From an uncultured Undibacterium sp. (GTDB taxonomy: Bacteria > Pseudomonadota > Gammaproteobacteria > Burkholderiales > Burkholderiaceae_D), in contig CAUPKC010000021.1 in the NCBI GenBank assembly GCA_963511665.1, positions 4,511 to 68,510 of the forward strand: a stretch of 64,000 bases of DNA, in the 5' to 3' direction. The notes beneath the pieces are model-generated. The model had not been told where the DNA came from and did no database searches. It saw only the letters and a program-made list of their open reading frames with translations. The stretch's first letter is position 1; the number at the start of each line of letters is the position of its first letter. A program made the position numbers and the translations under genes. Below are positions 30,651-40,662 of this stretch, in pieces.

Positions 30651-31675
30651 TGTGCTGGCATGCCTGCTTGCGCCAATAAGGTCGTAAAGTCGGCTTCTAA
30701 AGGAATACTCCACTCCATCTCTTCGCCGCTATCAGGGTGAATTAGCCCCAATCGTCGCGCTTGCAGCGCTTGGCGTGGAAAAAAACGTGCCAAATGTTGT
30801 TTACCATACAGCGTATCGCCAACCAAAGGAAAACCCAAAGACAGCATGTGCACGCGAATTTGATGGGTTCGGCCTGTTTCGAGGCGGCAGGCAACCAAGC
30901 TGACAGGAAAACGTTCTAACATCCCAGTTGCCAATCGCTGATAATGCGTAATCGCTGGTTTAGCCAAAATACTAAAAGACACCGCCATCTTAAGTCGGTC
31001 ACGGCTATGACGCGCCATCGCAGCGTCGATAGTTCCAGTTGAAATTGGCGTGCCCCATACCATCGCTGCATATTCGCGTTTGACAGTGCGCGCTTGCAAT
31101 TGACGTACCAATTCAGTCTGAGCTGTCAAAGTCTTGGCTACTACCATCAAGCCAGAAGTGTCCTTATCTAAACGATGCACAATACCTGCACGCGGCACTT
31201 GTGCTAAGGCGGGACGATGAAATAGCAAGGCGTTTAGCAGCGTGCCGGACCAGTTCCCAGCACCAGGATGCACGACTAAACCAGCAGGTTTATTCAATAC
31301 TAAAATCGCATCATCTTCAAAAATAATATTCAAAGGAATATCTTCTGGCGTGAACGAACTTTCATCAGGAGACGATTGTGGCGTGATTTGTATCAGTTCA
31401 CCACCCAACATGGTGGTTTTGATTTTTGAAGGTTTTCCATCGACTTGAACGTGCCCTTCTTCTATCCACTGCTGGATACGGCTACGAGAATACTGTGGTA
31501 CAAGCTTAGACAAAACTTTATCTAAACGATCACCACACACACTATCCGGTAGTTTGATGGAGATGATTTCTGCTGACTGAGCGGCTTGCTCGCTCTCATC
31601 TTGATCAATTTCTTCGAGATCAAGCTCAGTATCAGGTAAAATCCCCAGTTCTTTTGGTATAACATTAATTGCCAT
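30647..31675 (-). CDS. rluD: 23S rRNA pseudouridine synthase RluD
   Basis: S4 domain followed by the HRLDKDTSGLMV catalytic motif. 342 aa. Confidence 0.9.
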   Translation of the reverse strand: MAINVIPKELGILPDTELDLEEIDQDESEQAAQSAEIISIKLPDSVCGDRLDKVLSKLVPQYSRSRIQQWIEEGHVQVDGKPSKIKTTMLGGELIQITPQSSPDESSFTPEDIPLNIIFEDDAILVLNKPAGLVVHPGAGNWSGTLLNALLFHRPALAQVPRAGIVHRLDKDTSGLMVVAKTLTAQTELVRQLQARTVKREYAAMVWGTPISTGTIDAAMARHSRDRLKMAVSFSILAKPAITHYQRLATGMLERFPVSLVACRLETGRTHQIRVHMLSLGFPLVGDTLYGKQHLARFFPRQALQARRLGLIHPDSGEEMEWSIPLEADFTTLLAQAGMPAQ

Positions 31676-31717
31676 CGGCTATAATCCGTAAATTATTCTC
31701 ATGCACACGCAAAGTCT

Positions 31718-32515
31718 ATGCAAATCAAATATATAAAATTGTTCGGTCTTATCCTCACTTTATCTTTAGGCGGTTGCGGTATTTTTGGCGATAAAGTTGA
31801 AGAAAGTAAAAATTGGTCAGCTGAGAAATTATACGCTGAAGCGAAGGATGAATTAGCATCTGGTTCGTATGAACGCTCAGTTCAGTTATTTGAAAAACTC
31901 GAATCTCGCTTCCCTTTCGGCGCTTACGCACAGCAAGCGCAATTGGAAATTGCTTATGCCTATTACAAACAAGGTGATCAGGCGCAGGCATTAGCCGCCG
32001 TGGATCGTTTCATTAAATTACATCCAAATCATACCAATGTAGATTACATGTACTATCTGCGCGGTTTGGTTAACTTCAATGACGACATGGGTTTTTTGAG
32101 CTTTGTCGCCAATCAAGATATTACCGAACGTGACCCAAAAGCGACCAGAGATTCATTTGATGCCTTTAAAGAATTAGTCACGCGATTCCCAAGCAGCAAG
32201 TATACGCCCGATGCGATCGCTCGTATGAAGTATTTAGTCAACGCCTTGGCACAATACGATGTGCACGTTGCAAAATATTACTTACGTCGCAATGCTTTTC
32301 TCGCCGCGGCAAACCGCGCCCAATCTGCGATCAAAGAATATCCCGACGCACCAGCAAGTGAAGAAGCTTTGGTGGTGTTAATCAAATCTTACGACGCGAT
32401 GGGAATGACTGAGTTACGTGATGATGCAAAACGGGTTTACCTCAAGAGCTTCCCGAATAGTAATCTGCTGGAAACAGGTGGCGTTAAGAAATCTTGGTGG
32501 AAATTTTGGAGTTAG
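31718..32515 (+). CDS. bamD: Outer membrane protein assembly factor BamD
   Basis: Lipobox LSLGGCG followed by TPR-like repeats. It is divergent from rluD, the classical arrangement. Confidence 0.9.
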   Translation: MQIKYIKLFGLILTLSLGGCGIFGDKVEESKNWSAEKLYAEAKDELASGSYERSVQLFEKLESRFPFGAYAQQAQLEIAYAYYKQGDQAQALAAVDRFIKLHPNHTNVDYMYYLRGLVNFNDDMGFLSFVANQDITERDPKATRDSFDAFKELVTRFPSSKYTPDAIARMKYLVNALAQYDVHVAKYYLRRNAFLAAANRAQSAIKEYPDAPASEEALVVLIKSYDAMGMTELRDDAKRVYLKSFPNSNLLETGGVKKSWWKFWS

Positions 32516-32570
32516 TTTATCGTTAGCACAAAAGCTAGCCGATCACTTAGAAAAACCTGCAAAATTTTGC

Positions 32571-32604
32571 AAAAAGGCCTCGATCATCGAGGCCTTTTTT
32601 GTTT
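32571..32604. terminator. Bidirectional intrinsic terminator (bamD / yaaA)
   Basis: aggcctcga (32575-32583) / tcgaggcct (32587-32595), flanked by A5 and T5. Confidence 0.8.
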
Positions 32605-32653
32605 ACTCAACAAATTATTTCTTCAATAAATCGCCTTAACAATTTATAGACCC

Positions 32654-33424
32654 TCACTGATTTCGACGATAAACCCAGTGCGTTTGATTGGACTCCTCTT
32701 CGATAAATCGATATCCGTCCAAATCAAAATTCTTTAGTTTCTCTGGATGTCGAATCTGGTTCACCGCGCAATAACGCACCATGGAACCACGGGCTCGTTT
32801 CGCAAAAAATGAAATTACTTTAAACTTGCCTGCAGAATAATCTTGAAAAACAGGATGAATCACTGGCAAGCCCAAGCCATTTATCTTCACCGCTTTAGCA
32901 TACTCTTCCGAAGCAAGATTAACTAAGAATTTACTTTTTGTGGCGGACAATTCTTGCTTCAAATAGGCACTTAGCTTTTCGCGCCAATAGGCATACAAAT
33001 TATTTCCCGCACTATTTTTTAAACCAGTCCCCATTTCTAAGCGATAGGCCTGAATGGTATCGAGCGGACGCAAGATGCCGTACAAACCAGACAAAATCCG
33101 CAAATGCGACTGCAAGTAAGTCACCTCTTTTTTCGGCAATTGACGCGCCTGCAGTCCGTCATACACATCGCCGTCAAATAAAAAGACCGCTTGTCGCGTT
33201 GGCATAGTATCCTTGCTATCACGCATATTGGCGAAACGCTCAAAATTGAGCTCGGCCAGATTCGTGGATATGCTCATTAGACTCTGCAAATCTGCCACAC
33301 TTAAATTAGCGGCTAATTGAGATAAATACGCTGTTTCGTCAACAAAGACAGGTTCACTTGATGTCTTCACAAGCGCAGGTGTCTCAAAATCGAGACTTTT
33401 TGCGGGAGATAACAAAATCAACAT
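32654..33424 (-). CDS. yaaA: Peroxide stress protein YaaA (DUF328)
   Basis: 256 aa beginning MLILLSPAKSLDFE, the typical YaaA N-terminus. Confidence 0.85.
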   Translation of the reverse strand: MLILLSPAKSLDFETPALVKTSSEPVFVDETAYLSQLAANLSVADLQSLMSISTNLAELNFERFANMRDSKDTMPTRQAVFLFDGDVYDGLQARQLPKKEVTYLQSHLRILSGLYGILRPLDTIQAYRLEMGTGLKNSAGNNLYAYWREKLSAYLKQELSATKSKFLVNLASEEYAKAVKINGLGLPVIHPVFQDYSAGKFKVISFFAKRARGSMVRYCAVNQIRHPEKLKNFDLDGYRFIEEESNQTHWVYRRNQ

Positions 33425-33510
33425 AGAAGTTCAGTTCAGAATTAAGATTATTCAACAAAGGATTAGTGGCGTGCTAAGTAAATTAGTAGGCACTGAATAT
33501 AAATACACGT

Positions 33511-33957
33511 ATGACGCTTAAAATTATTTTAGATACCAATGTTTGTCTGGATTTGTTTGTATTTTGCGATCCACGATGGTCTCAAATTAACGCCGGACTT
33601 AAAGATCGAACTCTGCAAGCAATCACGCGAGCTGACTGCCGCGATGAATGGTTGGCCGTATTGCACTACACACATTTACCAGTCACCGACAACACACGAG
33701 GCGCGATTGTAACAACTTTCGACGAATTCATTGATGTTGAAGATTTTCCGATAAAAAATACAAAGCTACCGGTTTGCACTGACAAGGATGATCAAAAATT
33801 TCTAGAGATCGCCCGCGATGCAGATGCGCAGTTTTTGGTCACTAAAGACAAAGCTTTACTTAAATTAGCCAGAAAAACTCAACAATTAAATCTATTTATT
33901 ATTGAAACTCCTGAAAAATTTTGCGCACGCTTAGTTGCAAATCCGCAAGCTTTGTAA
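33511..33957 (+). CDS. Stand-alone PIN-domain protein (PIN_3-type putative toxin)
   Basis: ILDTNVCLDLF, then DKDDQKFLEIARDADAQFLVTKDKALL. These are the acidic residues of a PIN nuclease. No adjacent antitoxin-sized ORF is present. Confidence 0.7.
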   Translation: MTLKIILDTNVCLDLFVFCDPRWSQINAGLKDRTLQAITRADCRDEWLAVLHYTHLPVTDNTRGAIVTTFDEFIDVEDFPIKNTKLPVCTDKDDQKFLEIARDADAQFLVTKDKALLKLARKTQQLNLFIIETPEKFCARLVANPQAL

Positions 33958-34180
33958 ATAAATTCACTAATTCGGTAATTAAGTGATGACAAATTTTGTT
34001 GCTCGGGGTTATCCTTACAACATGCAAGTCTGGTTGCTGTCGGTAAAGTCCCTCAGGAATTAACTCCCCTCACGACAGCATGGCTTTTTGCCTGAATGTA
34101 TATTGAAATTGAGCCAGCAAAGAACCAATTTCAATGTTAAGTCAGCAATCAATATTGGCGACTATGGAGAATAAAGAATT

Positions 34181-34915
34181 ATGACAGACTCAGCTGATGA
34201 TCTAGACGCACTATTTGACGAGATGGCAACGCAACGTGACACCAATGCTACAGCGACTCCGTCACCTACTGCGGCAGCAGTCATTGAGACGCCTCCAGTA
34301 AAATTATCGCTGCAAGCAGGCACAGATGCCGCTAAACCTATGTTCGACCGACTAGGTGGTTTAGTTCGCATGATGCACGACTCCATGCGAGAGCTTGGCT
34401 ATGATCGATCACTTTCGGATGTCGCTTCGCAGATTGCCGATGCTCAGGGGCGTCTTGAGTATGTCGCTACCTTAACCGAACAAGCCGCCAACAAAGTACT
34501 TAACGCCACCGATGCGGGGATTCCAGAGCAAGACGCATTGGGAAAAAATGCAAAAAGTATTGATGAACGCTGGAGCTCACTTTTTGATGGGAAGTTGAGT
34601 ATTGACGATTTTAAAGTGCTGGCATCAGACTCAAAATCGTTTGCTAATAAGGTACTCGCCTCGACTGACGCTGAAAAAGCACGTTTGCTCGACATTATGA
34701 TGGCACAAGATTTTCAAGATCTGACCGGGCAATTGATCAAAAAAGTATTGGTCATCACGCAGGCTGTAGAACATGAACTTGCTCAAATCCTGCTAGATAA
34801 TGCGCCAACCGAATTAAAAGAAAAAGCCATTGAATTAATGGAAGGCCCATCGGTTCCTAATGCTGCGCTTGAGCAGGACGATGTAGACAACCTACTTGAT
34901 AGTTTGGGTTTCTAA
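34181..34915 (+). CDS. cheZ: Protein phosphatase CheZ
   Basis: The catalytic motif AQDFQDLTGQLIKKV and the C-terminal CheY-binding peptide DDVDNLLDSLGF are present. GGAGAA precedes the ATG. Confidence 0.85.
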   Translation: MTDSADDLDALFDEMATQRDTNATATPSPTAAAVIETPPVKLSLQAGTDAAKPMFDRLGGLVRMMHDSMRELGYDRSLSDVASQIADAQGRLEYVATLTEQAANKVLNATDAGIPEQDALGKNAKSIDERWSSLFDGKLSIDDFKVLASDSKSFANKVLASTDAEKARLLDIMMAQDFQDLTGQLIKKVLVITQAVEHELAQILLDNAPTELKEKAIELMEGPSVPNAALEQDDVDNLLDSLGF

Positions 34916-36751
34916 ATGGATGATATGCTCAAAGAGTTTGTCGTTGAAGCTTTAGATCTGGCGATCAACGTCGAAGAACACCTGCTCTCCTTGCAACGTA
35001 ATCCTGAAGATATGAATACGTTGAACGCAGTATTTCGTTCTTTTCATACCATCAAGGGTGGTGCCGGCTTCATGAACCTGCCAGCAATGGTGTCGGCCTG
35101 CCATCTGACTGAAAACTTATTTGACGCTTTGCGCACTGGCAAGTCACCGGTGACTCCGATAGCGATTGAAGCTGCTTTAGAAGCTAGTGGCTTTGTTTCA
35201 GATCAGCTTACTGCCTTATCAAACGGCATCACGCCTGAACAATTATCAACCATGCCTACTGCTTTAGAGCAGCTATTAAACGACGCAATAGACGGCAAGG
35301 TCAGCTCTACACCGGCAAGAAAAGATAACAAAACGGTCACCCCAGCGGCTTCCGCCACTACCATAGTGGGCGCACCAGCTACGATTACCAGCACCGACAC
35401 GGCAGCGGTCGGTTCTGATGGCGAAGTACCTTGGGAAGCTTATTATCGGGCAGTCACACCACCGGGAACACTACCCGAAATCGCTGTCGTCAATCCTATT
35501 GTCAAACAAGAACAAGAAGCCGTTAAGACTTCATTGGCGACCAATGAAGTCAAGCAATCAGCACCAGCCAAAGAAGAAAGTATTCGTATCGATGCAGTTA
35601 AGCTCGATGTCCTGCTTGAAGTTGCTGGAGAATCAGTACAAGCCGCAAATCAGGCTGCCGTATTATTAGAAAAATTAGGTCAATTTTCGTTCGATGGTGA
35701 CGCTGCGCCATTAATGTCGGCACTCACTGAAACACTGAATCGCGCCTCCCGCTATTCAACTGAATTGCAACGGGCAACCCTGGCAACTCGGATGCAACCG
35801 GTGGGTCGCTTATTCCAAAAGTTTCCACGTTTGATTCGTGAACTCGCCAAAGATTTGGGCAAAGACGTCGATCTTGAAATTTCTGGAGCGGAAACTGAAG
35901 TGGATCGTGTCGTTGTAGATAGTTTGTATGATCCACTGGTGCATATGCTACGCAACTCCTTGGATCACGGTATTGAATCCGCCGAGGAACGTGCACAAAC
36001 GACCAAACCCGCCCGCGCAAAAATTTTACTCAAAGCTTGGCAGGAAGCCAGTAGCGTCATGATCGAAGTAACTGATGACGGTAAAGGTATGGATGCCTCA
36101 CGCTTGCGTGAAAAAGCGATTTCCAAAGGCTTAATCAACATCCACGAAGCGAAAACTGATGATGAAGCTTTCCAATTAGTATTCTTACCAGGTTTCTCGA
36201 CGAAAGAAGTGGCGTCCAGCGTATCGGGTCGTGGGGTTGGCATGGATGTGGTAAAAACAGCGGTAGAACGTCACCGCGGTGCCATCCGAATTAACTCTCA
36301 TTTAGGTAAAGGCACCACATTTATCATTAGGCTGCCTATCGAATTGTCCATCGTACCAACGATGCTGGTCAGAACGGCTGGCGCTTCTCTGGCACTACCG
36401 ATGTCTACCGTGCAACGCGTGGTAGAGTTACCTGAGACATTTGAAAGTGTAGGCGGACAACCCGTATTACGAGACTTAGGCCGACCTCTGCCTATTCGAT
36501 CTTTAGGTAAAGTTCTTGGATACGAGAAAAGCACTGAACGTGTGGGCATCGTCATTGCAGCTCCTAACCCCTATATCATTTCAGTAGATTCTGTAGACGG
36601 CACCTCTGATTTAGTGATCAAGCCTTTGACTTGTATCTCTACACCAGGTATCACGGGCACTGCTCGTTCCGCCGAAGGCGAATTAGTTCTGGTCATCAGT
36701 TTGTCGTTCTTATTAGACGGCTGCAAAGTGGTAGAACGTCACAGCGCCTAA
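34916..36751 (+). CDS. cheA: Chemotaxis histidine kinase CheA (no recognisable P2 domain)
   Basis: Hpt motif FRSFHTIKGGAGF, dimerisation region, N/G1/G2 boxes (HMLRNSLDHGIE, TDDGKGMD, GRGVGMDVV) and a CheW-like C-terminus. The ATG directly follows the cheZ stop. Confidence 0.85.
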   Translation: MDDMLKEFVVEALDLAINVEEHLLSLQRNPEDMNTLNAVFRSFHTIKGGAGFMNLPAMVSACHLTENLFDALRTGKSPVTPIAIEAALEASGFVSDQLTALSNGITPEQLSTMPTALEQLLNDAIDGKVSSTPARKDNKTVTPAASATTIVGAPATITSTDTAAVGSDGEVPWEAYYRAVTPPGTLPEIAVVNPIVKQEQEAVKTSLATNEVKQSAPAKEESIRIDAVKLDVLLEVAGESVQAANQAAVLLEKLGQFSFDGDAAPLMSALTETLNRASRYSTELQRATLATRMQPVGRLFQKFPRLIRELAKDLGKDVDLEISGAETEVDRVVVDSLYDPLVHMLRNSLDHGIESAEERAQTTKPARAKILLKAWQEASSVMIEVTDDGKGMDASRLREKAISKGLINIHEAKTDDEAFQLVFLPGFSTKEVASSVSGRGVGMDVVKTAVERHRGAIRINSHLGKGTTFIIRLPIELSIVPTMLVRTAGASLALPMSTVQRVVELPETFESVGGQPVLRDLGRPLPIRSLGKVLGYEKSTERVGIVIAAPNPYIISVDSVDGTSDLVIKPLTCISTPGITGTARSAEGELVLVISLSFLLDGCKVVERHSA

Positions 36752-36894
36752 TTTAGGCAAACTTCAAAACAAAACGACTCGAGGCAGCGTCTGGCATTAA
36801 GCTTTGCCAGATGCTCGCTCAACATGAACAGCCGTTCTCTGTCAAAATAGTGCCTCGATCTTCTCTTGCGCTGTAACGGCCAAATCAATCACCA

Positions 36895-38382
36895 ATGAGC
36901 CACTCCGAAATTTCTACGCTTAACTCTCCCGAGTTTCATAAGCGATTTGCTGGTCTTGGTCATGCCTTCTATACCGAGTTACAACCCACACCTTTAAAGT
37001 TGCCGTATTTGATTGCGACTAGCCCATCAATGCTAGCTGAATTCAATCTGTCAGCGGAACAAATACAGACTCCAGAAATGGTGGAAATCTTTAGCGGCAA
37101 TCGTACCCAACTGGGCAGCACCCCTCTGGCTGCCGTCTATTCAGGGCACCAGTTTGGCATATGGGCGGGACAATTGGGAGACGGTCGCGCGATTTTACTT
37201 GGTGAGTTAGCATCAAAGCAAAGTGGTGCATTACACGAGATTCAATTAAAAGGCGCTGGTATGACACCCTACTCCCGTATGGGAGATGGACGGGCTGTAT
37301 TGCGTTCTTCAATCCGAGAATTTTTGTGCTCAGAAGCCATGGCGGGCTTAGGCATACCAACTTCACGTGCGTTATGCATCACAGGGTCTGATCAATATAC
37401 GATGCGAGAAATGCCAGAAAAAACTGCGGTTGTCACTCGCACTGCCCCAAGTTTTATTCGTTTCGGATCCTTTGAGCATTGGTATTACAACGACAAATCT
37501 GAACAATTAAAAAAATTGGCAGACTTCGTGATCCAACACTACTACCCAGATTTGGCGCTGTCAGACAATCCGTATCAGGCATTGTTACGCGCGATTGTCA
37601 TTAAGACTGCGGATCTTGTCGCGCAATGGCAATCCGTTGGTTTCATGCATGGCGTTTTAAATACAGACAATATGTCGATATTAGGTCTCACATTAGACTA
37701 TGGACCATTTGGCTTTATGGATGGCTACGATCCAGCCCACATTTGCAATCATAGCGACAATCAGGGACGTTACTCCTACCAAATGCAACCACGCATAGGA
37801 CAATGGAATTGCCACGCGCTAGCGCAGGCCTTGCTACCTTTAATCGGAGACGTAGAGTCTACGCAAGAAGCTCTGTCTTGCTATGTTGAGCATTTTGATA
37901 GTAGCTACGATCGCATCATGCATGCTAAATTCGGATTATCAACATCGCAAGCCGGCGACCACGATTTATTTAATGAGTACCTTGAGACAATGGCTGAAAC
38001 TGGCACGGACTTTACTTTGGCATTCCGGCAACTTAGCCATATCCACATCGAAAACAAGCAGAGCGATCACTATTTGCGTGACCTATTTGTTAATCGCGAA
38101 CGACTTGATATATGGCTACAAACCTATCGTCAGCGACTTCAACTAGAAAATTCGCTGGATATTGAACGACAAGCCAGTATGAACCGTGTCAACCCAAAAT
38201 ACGTCTTACGCAATTACCTGGCGCAGCAAGCTATAGAACGCGCTGAACAAAAAGACTTTAGCGAGATTCATAAGTTACTCGCCATTTTGGCTAATCCTTA
38301 CGATGAACAAGTCGAACACGAAATCTATGCCCAACTGCCACCAGATTGGGCAAATACATTATCGGTAAGTTGCTCTTCCTAA
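36895..38382 (+). CDS. selO: Protein adenylyltransferase SelO (YdiU/UPF0061)
   Basis: 495 aa with GDGRAILLGE, KGAGMTPYSRMGDGRAVLRSSIRE and HGVLNTDNMS motifs. Confidence 0.9.
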   Translation: MSHSEISTLNSPEFHKRFAGLGHAFYTELQPTPLKLPYLIATSPSMLAEFNLSAEQIQTPEMVEIFSGNRTQLGSTPLAAVYSGHQFGIWAGQLGDGRAILLGELASKQSGALHEIQLKGAGMTPYSRMGDGRAVLRSSIREFLCSEAMAGLGIPTSRALCITGSDQYTMREMPEKTAVVTRTAPSFIRFGSFEHWYYNDKSEQLKKLADFVIQHYYPDLALSDNPYQALLRAIVIKTADLVAQWQSVGFMHGVLNTDNMSILGLTLDYGPFGFMDGYDPAHICNHSDNQGRYSYQMQPRIGQWNCHALAQALLPLIGDVESTQEALSCYVEHFDSSYDRIMHAKFGLSTSQAGDHDLFNEYLETMAETGTDFTLAFRQLSHIHIENKQSDHYLRDLFVNRERLDIWLQTYRQRLQLENSLDIERQASMNRVNPKYVLRNYLAQQAIERAEQKDFSEIHKLLAILANPYDEQVEHEIYAQLPPDWANTLSVSCSS

Positions 38383-38441
38383 ACAAATAGTTAAAGTTGC
38401 TCTAATCCACACTAATCGGTTCAAATCAGATTGGAATCATC

Positions 38442-38837
38442 ATGAACAAAGTAAAAAAAGCTGACAACGAATGGCGCAAGCAACTTTCCGACATGGAATA
38501 CGAAGTGACTCGACATGCTGCCACAGAGCGTGCTTTTAGCGGTAAATTTTGGGATCATCATGAAGTTGGCATCTACACCTGTGTGTGCTGTGATACACCG
38601 TTATTTGAATCTGATGCAAAATTTGATTCAGGCTGCGGCTGGCCCAGTTATTTCAAAGCGCTCACTCCTGAGCATGTCAGAGAAATCCCAGATCATTCAC
38701 ATGGCATGACGCGCGTCGAAATTGTGTGTAATATCTGCGACGCTCATTTGGGACACGTATTTCCCGATGGTCCGGCGCCAACTCGCCTGCGCTACTGCAT
38801 TAATTCCGCATCATTAAAATTTAAAGCAAAAAACTAA
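38442..38837 (+). CDS. msrB: Peptide-methionine (R)-S-oxide reductase
   Basis: 131 aa with two CxxC pairs and the catalytic RYCINS motif. Confidence 0.9.
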   Translation: MNKVKKADNEWRKQLSDMEYEVTRHAATERAFSGKFWDHHEVGIYTCVCCDTPLFESDAKFDSGCGWPSYFKALTPEHVREIPDHSHGMTRVEIVCNICDAHLGHVFPDGPAPTRLRYCINSASLKFKAKN

Positions 38838-38855
38838 AACCAATTCCCAACCATT

Positions 38856-39476
38856 ATGATGAAATTCTTGTTTGACGTTTCCCCAGTAATCTTATTTTTC
38901 GTTACCTACAAATGGGGCGAAAAGAATGCTGAAACTTCGCAGCAGCTAGCTAACCAAATTCTGTCCCATGTCACAGCTAACAATGGCGTAGGCCTAGATC
39001 AGGCACCAATCCTGCTGGCGACCGCACTGGCGATCGTTGCTTCTATTATTCAGATCGCCTACTTAGTGATTTCAAAAAAGAAAGTCGATCCTATGCTTTG
39101 GATCTCCTTCTTTATTATTACCGTATTTGGTTGCGCCACTATTTACTTTCAAAATGATGCATTCATTAAATGGAAACCAACCATCATCTACTGGGCATAC
39201 GGTGCTGCTTTCTTACTCAGTGAATTCGTCTTCAAGAAGAATCTCCTGAAAGTTGCAATGGGTAGCCAAATTACGATGCCAGAAGCGATCTGGCGCCGGC
39301 TTAGCGTGATCTGGGCATTGTATTTCCTGTCGATGGGAATGCTGAACATCTATGTCGCATTCAATTATCCACAAACCACCTGGGTTTCGTTCAAACTCTA
39401 TTCCATCGGGGCATTGCCAGTATTTCTCATACTACAAAGTTTCTTTCTGGCAAAATATATTGAGGAGCCAAAATGA
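38856..39476 (+). CDS. yciB: Intracellular septation protein A (YciB/IspZ)
   Basis: 206-aa polytopic membrane protein with N-terminal MMKFLFDVSPVILFFVTYK. Confidence 0.8.
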   Translation: MMKFLFDVSPVILFFVTYKWGEKNAETSQQLANQILSHVTANNGVGLDQAPILLATALAIVASIIQIAYLVISKKKVDPMLWISFFIITVFGCATIYFQNDAFIKWKPTIIYWAYGAAFLLSEFVFKKNLLKVAMGSQITMPEAIWRRLSVIWALYFLSMGMLNIYVAFNYPQTTWVSFKLYSIGALPVFLILQSFFLAKYIEEPK

Positions 39477-39757
39477 GCCAATCAGCGACCAGAATACAGG
39501 CTATTCAAAATCGACTAGAACTAGCATTACAGCCGCTTTCCTGCGAGTTGAGTGACGATTCCGCCGCACACAAAGGACACGCTGGCGCGGCCAGTGGTGC
39601 TGGTCACTTCACTGTTACAATTATTAGCGAAAAATTTGCTGGTTTAAATCGCATTTCCCGCCACCGTCTAGTGTATGATGCCGTTGGCGATTTAATGCAC
39701 ACGGAAATACATGCACTTGTAATTCACGCTTTGAGTCCTTCTGAAGCATCCCAATAA
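39473..39757 (+). CDS. BolA-family protein
   Basis: 94 aa with DDSAAHKGHAG...GHFTVTIISEKFAGLNRISRHRLVY. It has a 4-nt ATGA overlap with yciB. Confidence 0.85.
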   Translation: MSQSATRIQAIQNRLELALQPLSCELSDDSAAHKGHAGAASGAGHFTVTIISEKFAGLNRISRHRLVYDAVGDLMHTEIHALVIHALSPSEASQ

Positions 39758-39812
39758 ATATTTTTATTAACCGTTTTTTGTTTTATTTACTTTGTTATTT
39801 TAGGAATAGATA

Positions 39813-40586
39813 ATGACTTTTAAACCCGCTCATTTGCTGGTTGTACTTCTAGTAACCGCATTCCCTGCGATGGCGCAGAATTTGGCAACGGTCAATGGAA
39901 AAGCAATCCCTGCTTCAAAAGCAGAACCATTTGTAAAACAAGCTTTGGCTCAAGGTCAAAAAGACTCGCCTCAACTACGCGCGATGATTAAAGACCGTTT
40001 GGTCGGTACAGAAGTCATGTTGCAAGAAGCGGAAAAAGCGGGCTTCTCCAAAAATGAAGACGTAAAAATTCAAATCGAAATGGCTCGCCAACAGATTTTG
40101 ATTCAATCCTTAATGCGTGCACACGTAGAAAAAAATCCAGTATCCGAAGCAGATATCAAAGCAGCTTACGATAAATGGAAAACACAAAACGGTGATAACG
40201 AATATCATCCTTTCCACATTTTGGTAGAAAAGGAAGAGGATGCGAAAGCCATCATTTCTAAATTGAAAGCTGGCGCAAAGTTTGATGAGTTGGCGAAGCA
40301 ATCCAAAGATACTGGATCAGCCGGTAAAGGTGGTGATCTGGATTGGGTTTCCCAAGCGAATGTTCCGCCAGCATTTGCGGCAGCTTTAGCTACTTTGAAA
40401 AAAGGCCAATTCACAGAAACACCAGTGAAAACTGAAGTTGGTTTCCATGTGATTAAATTGGATGACGTTCGTCCTTTAAAACTGCCTGCGATTGAAGAAG
40501 TAAAGCAACAAATTGGTGAAAGCTTGGTACAAGAAAAAGTTCAAGCTTATCAACAAACATTGATCAAAAAAGCGGTAATTAAGTAA
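39813..40586 (+). CDS. Periplasmic parvulin-type peptidyl-prolyl isomerase (PpiC domain)
   Basis: Signal peptide followed by the parvulin core YHPFHILV...GGDLDWV...GFHVIKLDD. Confidence 0.85.
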   Translation: MTFKPAHLLVVLLVTAFPAMAQNLATVNGKAIPASKAEPFVKQALAQGQKDSPQLRAMIKDRLVGTEVMLQEAEKAGFSKNEDVKIQIEMARQQILIQSLMRAHVEKNPVSEADIKAAYDKWKTQNGDNEYHPFHILVEKEEDAKAIISKLKAGAKFDELAKQSKDTGSAGKGGDLDWVSQANVPPAFAAALATLKKGQFTETPVKTEVGFHVIKLDDVRPLKLPAIEEVKQQIGESLVQEKVQAYQQTLIKKAVIK

Positions 40587-40607
40587 TTTACCGCTGCCTA
40601 GTAAAAT

Positions 40608-40636
40608 AAAAAAGACGCTCTCGGGCGTCTTTTTTA
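40608..40636. terminator. Bidirectional intrinsic terminator
   Basis: agacgc (40613-40618) / gcgtct (40625-40630) flanked by A- and T-runs, between convergent genes. Confidence 0.7.
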
Positions 40637-40662
40637 TCTTCCGAATCTAAGAAAAAAATATT

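Noticed and set aside
34040-34170. Possible sigma54 (TGGCtttttGCC, 34081-34092) or sigma28 (TAAG-N15-GGCGACTA, 34138-34164) promoters upstream of cheZ.
   Set aside because: The GG-to-GC spacing is 7 nt instead of 11. The sigma28-like -10 matches only 5 of 8 positions and would place the transcription start on top of the Shine-Dalgarno sequence.
36780-36862. 10-bp stem gcgtctggca/tgccagatgc and a flanking ctcgaggca/tgcctcgat pairing after cheA, considered as a terminator or REP-like element.
   Set aside because: No T-run follows on either strand, and I saw no second copy in the window that would support a repeat family. It may still be an mRNA-stabilising hairpin, but I cannot support a call.
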